The translations under genes were made by a program, and so were the position numbers. This document shows, in pieces, positions 9,200-18,655 of a stretch of 64,000 bases of DNA. The stretch's first letter is position 1. Each line of letters opens with the position of its first letter. The DNA lies in the NCBI GenBank assembly GCA_963528005.1, contig CAURSM010000023.1:11211-75210 (forward strand), read 5' to 3'. The stretch comes from an uncultured Eubacteriales bacterium. Its GTDB lineage: Bacteria; Bacillota; Clostridia; Lachnospirales; Lachnospiraceae. The notes beneath the pieces are model-generated. The model saw nothing but the letters and a program-made list of their open reading frames with translations, was not told the DNA's origin and ran no database searches.

Positions 9200-10567
9200 T
9201 TATTTCATTCGTTCCAAATCTCTTTGTTCATTTCTAATCCGAAGCTTCTCCCTGATTTCAGGCATATCGCTCTCTTTTAACTTGTAGCAAGCAATGGGAA
9301 TAAGGGAAAGTATAAAAATAATTGCAGGCATTACGTTAGTTGCAATGATAATACCTGTTTTCACGTGTTCCGTAATTTCTTGCCCAGCTACATATCCATA
9401 CCAGCCTATAATTGCAATTCCTAGAGCACCTCCAAGAGCCGTACCGATTAAACCACCTAAGCCATTTAAAGAAAATGCGGTACCATCGGTTCTTACTCCT
9501 GTTTTTAAATCTCCATCATCAACTGCATCAACAATCATACAAGATCCGCAGGGCCCAGCAATATATCCAAGACCATATACAATGTGACATAAGAAGAGAT
9601 AAGGGATATTCATATAGGGACCAAATACCATCATTAGCAGACCTAATGCCTGGACGAGACCAGAGAAATAAATGGTTTTCTTCTTCCCAAAGTGTTCCAT
9701 AACCTTAGGAGAAAATGGCATAATGAGCGCGCCTACCAGCATCTGCATCATCATAAAGATAGTGATAAAGGTAAAATTTTTCACTACATATAAATAGAAA
9801 TAAACAGCCACTCCAATACGCCCAAGCATGCCTGCCATATTTAAAATGGTATACAGCACAATCATCATTAAGTTTTTATTCTTAATAATAAGCTTTGCAG
9901 ATTCTTTTAGGGAAACCTGATCTTCTTTATGTACTTGTACCGTCTCTTTGCATCTCCACGCGCACAACCAGAAGATAGGAAGAGCAATCAATGCAAAAAC
10001 ACTGGCTGTTTTTTGATACCCAACTCCCATATCACCACCACCAAAGAGATTTACAAGGGGGAGGGTTACGAGATTTAAAAGAATCATTCCAAATACCATG
10101 CCCATCATCTGAGCCGTATTTAAGCGGTTGATTTTCTTACTGTCTGTTGTCATAACTGCCGGCAAAGCAAGATATGGTACATTGGATATGGTGTAAGACA
10201 TGCCAAGACCAATGTATGTAATATACGCATAAATAAGCTTTCCTTTACTCCCAAACCCAGGTACTGTAAAGGTTAATACGGTAAACAGAACCAGCAGAGG
10301 AGCCCCTATGACAATATAAGGCCGAAATCGTCCGAATCTGGTATGAGTACGTTCCATCAATGCGCCCATTAAAGGATCACTTACCCCACTCCAAATCTTT
10401 GCTATAAGAAAAAGAACCGCAACGGAACCGGCGCTTAATCCAAAAACATCTGTGTAAAATACTGCCAGGTAGGTGGTTACCATTGTCCAGGAAAGCTGAG
10501 AGGCAAAATTCCCCATGCCATAGGTAACGTATTCCATCGGTCCTATCTTACTGCTTTTAGTCCCCAT
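9200..10567 (-). CDS. glycoside-pentoside-hexuronide (GPH):cation symporter family transporter
   Basis: About 12 TM segments with a MelB/GPH-like N-terminus (YGMGNFASQLSWTMVTTYLAVFYTDVFG). The ATG at 10567 follows AGGAGA; the track start is at 10585. Confidence 0.75.
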   Translation of the reverse strand: MGTKSSKIGPMEYVTYGMGNFASQLSWTMVTTYLAVFYTDVFGLSAGSVAVLFLIAKIWSGVSDPLMGALMERTHTRFGRFRPYIVIGAPLLVLFTVLTFTVPGFGSKGKLIYAYITYIGLGMSYTISNVPYLALPAVMTTDSKKINRLNTAQMMGMVFGMILLNLVTLPLVNLFGGGDMGVGYQKTASVFALIALPIFWLCAWRCKETVQVHKEDQVSLKESAKLIIKNKNLMMIVLYTILNMAGMLGRIGVAVYFYLYVVKNFTFITIFMMMQMLVGALIMPFSPKVMEHFGKKKTIYFSGLVQALGLLMMVFGPYMNIPYLFLCHIVYGLGYIAGPCGSCMIVDAVDDGDLKTGVRTDGTAFSLNGLGGLIGTALGGALGIAIIGWYGYVAGQEITEHVKTGIIIATNVMPAIIFILSLIPIACYKLKESDMPEIREKLRIRNEQRDLERMK

Positions 10568-10820
10568 TTTTATTCTCCTATTCATTTTTTTGTGTCATGC
10601 GCGCATTTGAAATCCAGCTGTACCCTTATGATTTCTTGCTCTAATTATAGCAAAATGGACCATTCCTCACGTTTCTATATTCAGCTTTATTCTCTTTATT
10701 TCCGGCTTTATTTAACCTTTTATCTTTTCACTCCAACAAATAAATATATTAAAATTAAAGATTATCGAAATTAGTTAATATATATGATACAATGAAAAAA
10801 ATGGAATCTATGGAGGGGTC

Positions 10821-13265
10821 ATGAATCCAATATTTGAAATTCAATCATTTGTTCAATCAGCCAATCTTTATCTCCTAAGCAAAACAGAAGCACTTCCGGT
10901 GCCTGGACTGGATCTTATTACCATCCTTCGGGGTACTATGACAATCAAAGAGCCTCCAATCTGCTGCAGCCCAAAAGACTGCTTGATTCTTGGGCCTGGC
11001 AATGTAATCAGCGTCACATCTGACGACGAATGCCTGTTTCTTAAGGTCTCTCTCCGCCCAGAATGTATATTGGATACATTGTTTCAGGAATCCATTCTAG
11101 CAAGTCCTACAAGGCGTTTGTCCAGCTCTGAACAAATGCATTCGGTTCTTCTGGATTATGCAAAAGTATATTTAAGCGGGCAGACCTTGAATCAATACCG
11201 GTTATCAGCCCTGACCTTGCAGCTTCTTGATCTTCTCAACAAAGACTCCTCTTTGCTAGCCGGCTTACCTCACGGCTCCACAGAACAGGAATACTCGAAA
11301 CAGGAACTCTTAGTGCAACGGGTTACTGCTTATTTAGAGGAAAACTACAAGGAGAATCCTGGCCTGTCCAAAACAGCAGCCTTTTTTACTATTACACCTC
11401 AATATCTGTCCAGCCTTTTTCAGAAATATTTTAATCAGACCTTTCAAAATCATTTAAAAGGAGTGCAGTGCAGACAGGGAGCGCTCTACTATAGATATAC
11501 GGATCTGGAGTTACATGAGATATGCGAAAGAGTGGGACTGACAAGCCCGGACACTCTCAAAGACTATATTAATCTGGAAGGCATAAAAAAGCCTGTTATC
11601 TCCGGGCTGCCTTCCTCTTCTTTTATGAACCCCCTTTCCCCTGAAAGCAGTCTCCTATCGTTCAGACAGATAAAGAGCGGACAGACTCCTCCAACAGAAA
11701 AGCCGGTCCGTGTTTATGAGATTATAGAGACAACAGTCTTAAAAAGCAGGGAAATGCCAGGCTTTTGGAACCGACTCATTAATTTGGGCTATGCACAGGA
11801 TTTTTCCAATGTTAAAATATTTCACCAGTTAACATATACACAAAGGGAAATAGGATTTTCATATGGAAGAATCTGTAGACTTTTTGATCTTGTCTCCCAA
11901 TATTCCATTGGCGGAAAATCCATTTATGATTACAATCAGATTTTTCAGATTTTAGACATTATGGTAGAAAACCGGATGCTCCCCTTTCTTGAGCTCAGCA
12001 ATAAGCTCTTTCGCATCCATCTTTCTGCCAAAGAAAATATTGCAAAAAACTTAGTCGGCAGCACAGTTTCTTATTTTGATCAGCTTCTGGAGATTCTTCC
12101 CCACTTTTTGCGAGCCTGTATTAACCGCTATGGACAGGAGTCTGTCAATTCCTGGCGCTTTGAAATCAGTTATACCATTTATGACTTTATCGAGCTGTCC
12201 GAAATTTTTCCTTTGTCAAAATATATCCGGTATTTCAAACGCCTAAAAGAATTAATTAAGACATATGCCCCAGAATGCCAGGTAGGAGGCCCAGGCTTTA
12301 ATCAATGGAACAATCCGCAGCTTCTCACAAAAATATATGAGATGATGCAAGCGGCACAAGCTACACCCGATTTTTTAACAGCTTACATCTATCCCCTAAC
12401 CAGTGATGGTGCGGATGCCTCCATTTCCTCCGATGAGGATCTTGCTATTAAAAGAATCAAAGAAATCAGTGAAATAACAAAGAGCTTAAATCCAAAACAT
12501 GATCTTTGGATTACTGAATTTAACTCCAATATCTCTTCCCGCAACCTGCTCAATGATTCCAGCTTTCAATCGGAATTTCTTGCAAAGAACTTATCCCAGT
12601 CATGCGGACTTGATATTGAAGCTTTGGGTTATTACATGCTCTTTGATGTCCCTCTTCGCCATTCTGATTCCATGGACATGCTGTTTGGAGGATGGGGACT
12701 CTTTACAGACAGTGGTATCCCAAAGCCCTCTTACCACGCTTATCACATGTTTTCCATGCTAGGGAAGCATTTGTTATATGCCCATAAGAATTTTTTAATT
12801 ACGGCAGACTCCAGTTCCAGCTTCCGCTTTTTATTTTTTCATTACGAACATATTAATCCTGCCTTTACTGGCAGAAATATTCAGATTGAAGACTTTGAGA
12901 CTGATGGAGCTTTTTTTATATCAACAAGCCCGGATTACTGGGAAATCAGAGTTAATGATACCGCCGAGGGTACCTATTTGGTCAAAGAATATGTAATATC
13001 TGACAGTCGCAGTAATCTTTTATTTCTCTGGAAGCAAATGAATTTAATAACAGTTTCGCGTCCGGAAAATATATCCGTCTTAAAGCAGAATTCCTCCATG
13101 CTGCCTAAGTTAACGACTTTGGAGGTTGACCACAGTGGACAAATGAACTATCAGATCAGTCTCAGACGCCGGGAAGTCAAACTTGTCACCATTGACCTTC
13201 ACACCGCACCTGCATCCATTCGAAGGAGGCCAGCAAATGAATTGGTACCAAAATCTCCCTACTAA
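10821..13265 (+). CDS. AraC-type regulator fused to a GH39-like (clan GH-A) domain lacking the acid/base motif; the HTH region looks divergent
   Basis: The N-terminal cupin-like region is followed by an AraC-like segment (TPQYLSSLFQKYFNQTF). The C-terminal ~500 aa resemble GH39: WRFEISYTI replaces W-FE-WNEP, and the nucleophile-type ITEFN is retained. Confidence 0.6.
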   Translation: MNPIFEIQSFVQSANLYLLSKTEALPVPGLDLITILRGTMTIKEPPICCSPKDCLILGPGNVISVTSDDECLFLKVSLRPECILDTLFQESILASPTRRLSSSEQMHSVLLDYAKVYLSGQTLNQYRLSALTLQLLDLLNKDSSLLAGLPHGSTEQEYSKQELLVQRVTAYLEENYKENPGLSKTAAFFTITPQYLSSLFQKYFNQTFQNHLKGVQCRQGALYYRYTDLELHEICERVGLTSPDTLKDYINLEGIKKPVISGLPSSSFMNPLSPESSLLSFRQIKSGQTPPTEKPVRVYEIIETTVLKSREMPGFWNRLINLGYAQDFSNVKIFHQLTYTQREIGFSYGRICRLFDLVSQYSIGGKSIYDYNQIFQILDIMVENRMLPFLELSNKLFRIHLSAKENIAKNLVGSTVSYFDQLLEILPHFLRACINRYGQESVNSWRFEISYTIYDFIELSEIFPLSKYIRYFKRLKELIKTYAPECQVGGPGFNQWNNPQLLTKIYEMMQAAQATPDFLTAYIYPLTSDGADASISSDEDLAIKRIKEISEITKSLNPKHDLWITEFNSNISSRNLLNDSSFQSEFLAKNLSQSCGLDIEALGYYMLFDVPLRHSDSMDMLFGGWGLFTDSGIPKPSYHAYHMFSMLGKHLLYAHKNFLITADSSSSFRFLFFHYEHINPAFTGRNIQIEDFETDGAFFISTSPDYWEIRVNDTAEGTYLVKEYVISDSRSNLLFLWKQMNLITVSRPENISVLKQNSSMLPKLTTLEVDHSGQMNYQISLRRREVKLVTIDLHTAPASIRRRPANELVPKSPY

Positions 13266-15615
13266 TCTTCCAATTATGTTCTTTCGAAGTATGGAAATAA
13301 AAGAACCATTAACCTTTCAGCATGAATCTTATGATTTCATCTATGTGGTATCCGGTAAGCTTACAATTGGCTACCAGGAACAAGAAGCTCCGTATTTTAT
13401 CAGTGATATCTGTCTGGTCAATCCTATGAATAAGGGCACACTGACACCCAAGGAAAACTGTAGCATCTTCCACCTGGGAATTCACCCATACTTTATAGAA
13501 CAATGCCTTGGGAATTACGGAACACTGATCTGCGACTCTGTGTTGGAGCCAGGCAATAATTATACTGCATTGAAAGAGATTTTAATCAATATTGGAACAA
13601 GATATCTGGAGGGACCATCCGAGAATCATTTAAGCATCTTAAGTCTCTTGTTTGAGCTTATGGATCATTTAAAGAAAGAGAATTATTTTAAACCCGTTCT
13701 TTATGAAAGCATTACAGAAAAGCATGGGGTACGTATCAGCAAGATCATTGATTATATTGACCACCATTATAACGAGCCCTTAACTCTTACCGCACTCTCA
13801 GAGGCCCTTTATTTAACGCCTCAGTATTTGTCGAAATTCTTTCACAAGTACTTGCATCAGAACTTTAAATCTTATCTGATGGAGAAACGGTTGTTTCATG
13901 CATACCGGGATGTTTCTTATACAGATGACCCAATTACAGAAATTGCGATTCGCAACGGCTTTTCCGATGTAACATCATTTGGCAAGGCATTTCGGGCAAG
14001 CTTTCAAATGACTCCCAGCCAATTTCGGAAAAATAAAAACGTCCATATGATTGCAGAGGAATACAAGCAACTGGATCAATACAGCAACGCCATCCTGGTC
14101 TCTGAAAACAGCTACCTTTACAGCAATCAGGTGGATGTAAACATCAATGAAACCGAAGGTTTAAGGAGCAATTACTCCACGCTCCTTAATGTCAGCTCAG
14201 CCAAAAACCTGCTATCTGAAAATTACAGAAGGCTTTTATTAGAGTCAAGAAAATCCCTTGGCTTTAGTTACCTTCGAATTCAGGGAATCTTAAGCTCCTC
14301 CTTTATTCCAAGGGTATTACCAGATTATAATTACTATTTCCTTGATCTTGATGACATCATGCATTTTATGCAGGACCACAACCTGATTCCTTTCATCGAC
14401 CTTACACGGCTGAGCCATGCTTTTTATGAACCAGGGGGAACCTTTCAGGATTCCTTATCTTCCTTGAAAAACAACCGTTTCTTTGAATTACTCCAGGCTT
14501 TTTTAGTCTTTAGTTCTCAAAGTTATCCAAAGGAATGGACCTCACAGTGGACGTTTGAATTATGGAAATTACCAAGGGAGTCACCAAGCCAATATGCCAA
14601 TGATTTTAAGCTGATTCAGGAGTCGATCCAGGCGTATCTTCCTGGTGCCTCCCTTGGTGGGCCTGGCTTTGATTCCAGGGAAAGTTTAAAGGATCTTGAT
14701 GAGATCCTGAAACTGCTATTTCAAGCAGACAGGAAACCCGCCTTTATTTCTACTCATCTTTCCCTCATGAAGCAGCCAGAGTCTTCAAAGGCAATTGTCA
14801 GCATGGATCAGAATCTTCCACTGAATTTGGCACAAAAAATCAAAAAATTGATTCACAAATATGATAAGCAAATGCCTTTTTACATTACGGAATGGAATTC
14901 TATTTCACTAACCGAACTGCCGATACAGTATTCCTGTTATCAGTCGGCCTATATATGCAAGACATGTCTGGATCTAAATTCCGTTAGTGATTTAATGGGT
15001 TATTGGCTGTTTAGCGATACATCAACCCAAACAAGTCCGATAAAACAAAAAGCCTTTTATTTTTGGGGCTCCGGGCTTATTAACAAAGATAACATAGCTA
15101 TGCCTGCCTTTTATGCGTTTCAAATGCTGGAACGCCTTGGCACTGTAATTATTAAACGAGGAGAAAACTTCTGCGTCACCCGAAAAGGTCCAGACCATTA
15201 TCAGATTATGTGCTTTAATTACGCTCACCCCCGATCTTCCTGCCTCTATGAAAACGGGAAATATTCCTCATTCTCCAATGTTTATAAGCTATTCGAGGAG
15301 GTTCCTGCCGTTAATTTCCGTTTTCTTCTACACGGAATCACCCCAGGCAAGTACCGTATTTCAAGGTTTCTTTTAGATCGGTCCCATGGCAGCATTCTGG
15401 ATATCTGGATCGGTGGTTTTGTCAGAAGCAACATAAGCGAAACAGAATATCTTATGGATATTAAACTTCCCTCAGCCTCCCAGTTAAATTATCTTCTAAA
15501 AGCCTGCATTCCGGAAGAACGAAATATTTACTCTTATGCAGAGGATTATTTGGAGGTGGAAACCTCCATTCTTGCCCACAATGTTTGCGTGTGGGATATT
15601 ATAAGACAGGTCTAA
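13237..15615 (+). CDS. AraC family transcriptional regulator fused to a GH39-like pseudo-glycosidase sensor domain (paralog of 10821..13265)
   Basis: Canonical AraC HTH (LTPQYLSKFFHKYL...IAIRNGFSDVTSFGKAFRASFQMTPSQFRK). The GH39-like domain has WTFELWKLP in place of WNEP and retains ITEWN. The ATG at 13237 follows GGAGG and overlaps the upstream gene end; the track start is at 13183. Confidence 0.7.
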   Translation: MNWYQNLPTNLPIMFFRSMEIKEPLTFQHESYDFIYVVSGKLTIGYQEQEAPYFISDICLVNPMNKGTLTPKENCSIFHLGIHPYFIEQCLGNYGTLICDSVLEPGNNYTALKEILINIGTRYLEGPSENHLSILSLLFELMDHLKKENYFKPVLYESITEKHGVRISKIIDYIDHHYNEPLTLTALSEALYLTPQYLSKFFHKYLHQNFKSYLMEKRLFHAYRDVSYTDDPITEIAIRNGFSDVTSFGKAFRASFQMTPSQFRKNKNVHMIAEEYKQLDQYSNAILVSENSYLYSNQVDVNINETEGLRSNYSTLLNVSSAKNLLSENYRRLLLESRKSLGFSYLRIQGILSSSFIPRVLPDYNYYFLDLDDIMHFMQDHNLIPFIDLTRLSHAFYEPGGTFQDSLSSLKNNRFFELLQAFLVFSSQSYPKEWTSQWTFELWKLPRESPSQYANDFKLIQESIQAYLPGASLGGPGFDSRESLKDLDEILKLLFQADRKPAFISTHLSLMKQPESSKAIVSMDQNLPLNLAQKIKKLIHKYDKQMPFYITEWNSISLTELPIQYSCYQSAYICKTCLDLNSVSDLMGYWLFSDTSTQTSPIKQKAFYFWGSGLINKDNIAMPAFYAFQMLERLGTVIIKRGENFCVTRKGPDHYQIMCFNYAHPRSSCLYENGKYSSFSNVYKLFEEVPAVNFRFLLHGITPGKYRISRFLLDRSHGSILDIWIGGFVRSNISETEYLMDIKLPSASQLNYLLKACIPEERNIYSYAEDYLEVETSILAHNVCVWDIIRQV

Positions 15616-15632
15616 AATCTAGAATTTAAAAG

Positions 15633-15665
15633 GCCACCAGATACGGTAGACCCGTTTCTGGCGGC
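15633..15665 (-). terminator. hairpin between the convergent AraC-2 and MFS genes; likely terminator of the phy-like/MFS unit
   Basis: GCCACCAGA...TCTGGCGGC forms a 9-bp stem with one mismatch, followed on the minus strand by CTTTTAAATT. Confidence 0.4.
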
Positions 15666-15671
15666 AAAAAA

Positions 15672-16826
15672 TTATTGGACCTTTTTATTCTTGAATATGA
15701 CAATCACCGCAATTAGTGCTGTAATCATCATTCCTATGGAAGAAACCATATATACATTGGAAGTCGTTACTTCTCCAAAGATTGATTTTGAAACCGTATT
15801 TAAGACAGCCGGGGACAAAAGCTGCCCAAGGCAGACGGCAACGTTAAAGCAAGCGGTTGCCATGGCAGTGGCAGTTGGTGTGACTGAATTTGAAAGAATG
15901 ACCATAGCCGTAGGTACAAAAAGCCCTTGAGAAAAACCACAGAACATAGCACCAACCATTAAAAGTGCTGCCTGGGATGGGAACAGAATGAGAAATACCG
16001 CACCAATGGTAAAACTAAACATAGCTGTAGGTATGGTGTACTTATTTGTAATAAGGCCAAGAATAAGTCCAACCAGAATCTGGGCACCAGAGAACACACC
16101 AGTCAAATTACCTGAAACAGATGTACTTCCAGCCAGACTTCCACTTAAATGCATGGATAGATTGGTAGAGAATGTAATCAGGAATAAAAATTCCATAAAA
16201 CCAACCGCTGCGATTGCAGCCACCGTCTTATTCAGCTTTATGGGCTCATGCTGATTTGTTTTCTGAATACCTGTGTCTGGTAGACAGGCAGCAATTAGAA
16301 ACATGGCAATAAAACCAATGATATGAATGAAATAAGCATATTGAAATCCTTTTGTTCCAAGCAAACCGCTGGCTACTGTAATAATTACCATCCCAGCTCC
16401 CACGCTGGCCGCCTGAATTCCCATAACAACAACACGCTCTTTTTCTTTAAAAAACGCTGCAACAACAGCTACATTCAGTGTGGTAGCAATCCCAAGACCG
16501 ATTCCATAAATGGTTCTGGATAAAAACAAAAGCATAAAGCTGTCTGATACAAAGGGGATAAATCCTGTGATTCCCGTAATAAAACAGCCCACTAAAAGCA
16601 ACTTTTTTTTACTGATTCTTACAACCAAAGAGCCAACTGCAACTGACATGACCATGGATAACAGGGTGGGGGCTGTAATTAGCATCTGAATTAGACTAAT
16701 ATTTACGTCTGGATAATGGAGCTTTATCTGCCCCAGGACCGGGGATATGCTAAATTGTAATCCTTGTACGAATGAAATACCAATGATAGATAGAATTATT
16801 TTAGTTTTCTTATATTGATCCGACAA
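15672..16826 (-). CDS. MFS transporter
   Basis: 384 aa with about 12 hydrophobic segments, located 41 nt downstream of the hydrolase gene. Confidence 0.75.
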   Translation of the reverse strand: MSDQYKKTKIILSIIGISFVQGLQFSISPVLGQIKLHYPDVNISLIQMLITAPTLLSMVMSVAVGSLVVRISKKKLLLVGCFITGITGFIPFVSDSFMLLFLSRTIYGIGLGIATTLNVAVVAAFFKEKERVVVMGIQAASVGAGMVIITVASGLLGTKGFQYAYFIHIIGFIAMFLIAACLPDTGIQKTNQHEPIKLNKTVAAIAAVGFMEFLFLITFSTNLSMHLSGSLAGSTSVSGNLTGVFSGAQILVGLILGLITNKYTIPTAMFSFTIGAVFLILFPSQAALLMVGAMFCGFSQGLFVPTAMVILSNSVTPTATAMATACFNVAVCLGQLLSPAVLNTVSKSIFGEVTTSNVYMVSSIGMMITALIAVIVIFKNKKVQ

Positions 16827-16867
16827 TTTTTCAACCTTCCTTTATAAATTTCTAGTGATGATCTGCC

Positions 16868-17725
16868 TCATGTTTTCCTGTTCCAAAATTCTTTTATCAG
16901 TTTCACCTGATTGCAATATTCTGTCATACAGTGAATCATCATTAGTTTCATCTCTCTCATAGTTTTATCCCGGTCTGGCTCCGGCTTATAAATAAGCGTT
17001 CCATCTTTCTGAAAGGTCAGGCCATTCCAGTAATGAACTTTTAATTCCCGGCCTGTATCAGTTTCTCTTGTATGCTGGACCATGCACATAACTCTTTCTC
17101 TTGTTTGGATTTCATTTATCTCCTCTGCTTTCCCACCAAGTCCCATGAGAAAAATACATTGAGGATCACGCTTAGAGATATCTTCCTTATGGATTCCCAA
17201 ATGTTCAAAACAAAAGTTGTTCCAATTCATCTCCATCCGCATCATTCCCCAGCCAAAGTCCTCAATCGCACCGTCTTCAAAATGAATGAGATGGGCCCCT
17301 GGATACCACGTTTTATAAAACAGGTTACAGTTTTCGTCATTAGCAAAACCTTCCTGGTAGTTTTTAATCATCTCATCCGTAATTCCGTCCTGCACGATTT
17401 TAATTGCAGCAAAGCCGATTCCATTAGACAACACTCCATAGCCATTTTCCGGATACGTATTACTCCCATCAAGAAGTATGCTTCCGGCAAGCTCTGGCAT
17501 ATAACATTCCTCTGGTTTAAGCGGTCCATGTTCCACTGCCCTTACATGCTCCGGCTGAAGCTCTGCCAGCGGTTCATAATAATATTTTGCAAAAGCAGAT
17601 TCACTCTCTTTCTTCGTTAACCCTATTGTCATATTTCTTAAATCTTCTAAGGAAACCTCATTCATCATTCTCCCGCAGGTACGAGGTGATACCATTATTT
17701 TTCCCTTACTAAATACACAAGCCAT
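16868..17725 (-). CDS. phloretin hydrolase / 2,4-diacetylphloroglucinol hydrolase (PhlG) family protein, putative
   Basis: 285 aa, the size of Phy/PhlG. It has a C-terminal H-x3-E pair (IHCMTEY) like the second His/Glu zinc ligands reported for PhlG, plus upstream WYPGAHLIHFED. It is next to TetR/MFS genes and near a chalcone isomerase homolog. GGAGG lies 7 nt before the ATG. Confidence 0.55.
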   Translation of the reverse strand: MACVFSKGKIMVSPRTCGRMMNEVSLEDLRNMTIGLTKKESESAFAKYYYEPLAELQPEHVRAVEHGPLKPEECYMPELAGSILLDGSNTYPENGYGVLSNGIGFAAIKIVQDGITDEMIKNYQEGFANDENCNLFYKTWYPGAHLIHFEDGAIEDFGWGMMRMEMNWNNFCFEHLGIHKEDISKRDPQCIFLMGLGGKAEEINEIQTRERVMCMVQHTRETDTGRELKVHYWNGLTFQKDGTLIYKPEPDRDKTMREMKLMMIHCMTEYCNQVKLIKEFWNRKT

Positions 17726-17912
17726 GTTCTTTCCTCCGTTTCTTCCCTTTCATTCAGTTGAATAATCCTAAGATATCAGGTATAATTTTCTTTAACTATT
17801 ATCATTGATTCATCATACCGAAATAGATGCGCAAAAAGAAGAACACATTTTAGAAATATGTTCAGTTTGCTCTACGCATTTCATAGTCTATGACTAGAAA
17901 GAAAGGGGAATC

Positions 17913-18545
17913 ATGGAGGCAAAAAGTGATAAAAAGCCAGGGAAGGGGCTACTGACAAAGAAAACCATAGCTGATTCCTATCTTGCTATGATTCCTTTTA
18001 AAAAGTGGGATAAAATTACGGTTAAGGAAATTTGTGCTGAGGCAGATATTACAAGGGGTACCTTTTATCTATATTACAATGATATTTATGACTTGATGGA
18101 ACAGATAGAAGCATCACTTCTTTCAGAACTGACAAAGAGATATTCAACACTTACAGATGACGATTCCTCTGCCTCATTTTCGAGAGATCTCCTATCCTTT
18201 GATGTGACCCCTCCTGCTATGTTTTTGACCTGGTTTGATTTTTGTAAAGATTATAAACGGGAAATGATTGCTTTATTGGACCGAAAGAATGGGGATATGT
18301 ATTTTATAAGTAAATTAAAGCATTTCTTATTAATCCATATCAATAACATCATGGATCGGGACGGATTACCTAAGGATGGACTCCGAACTCATTTTTCAAA
18401 GATATTTTTGGAGCTTCATTTAATGGCAGCTCAGACCTGGTTAGAGCAGGGAGACGACCAGTTTTTATCAACAGATGAAATCGTAAATCTTTTAAATACC
18501 ATGCGGGTTGGAGCCAGATATTTGTCCTACCGTAAACTTGTCTAG
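17913..18545 (+). CDS. TetR/AcrR family transcriptional regulator
   Basis: N-terminal HTH (ITVKEICAEADITRGTFYLYYNDIYDL). It is divergent from the hydrolase gene. Confidence 0.8.
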   Translation: MEAKSDKKPGKGLLTKKTIADSYLAMIPFKKWDKITVKEICAEADITRGTFYLYYNDIYDLMEQIEASLLSELTKRYSTLTDDDSSASFSRDLLSFDVTPPAMFLTWFDFCKDYKREMIALLDRKNGDMYFISKLKHFLLIHINNIMDRDGLPKDGLRTHFSKIFLELHLMAAQTWLEQGDDQFLSTDEIVNLLNTMRVGARYLSYRKLV

Positions 18546-18604
18546 AAAGTTTGTATGATCCTAAGCGAGTTATCTGCTCTCGTCGCAAGTGCTTCTTATT
18601 GCAC

Positions 18605-18634
18605 AAAAAAGCTACAGACATTTCTGCCTGTAGC
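18605..18634 (-). terminator. Rho-independent terminator ending the long minus-strand unit
   Basis: On the minus strand, GCTACAGGCAGAAATGTCTGTAGC is followed by TTTTTTG. This is the first clear hairpin plus U-tract downstream of 28961. Confidence 0.7.
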
Positions 18635-18655
18635 CTAAATAAAAACATACTTTTT

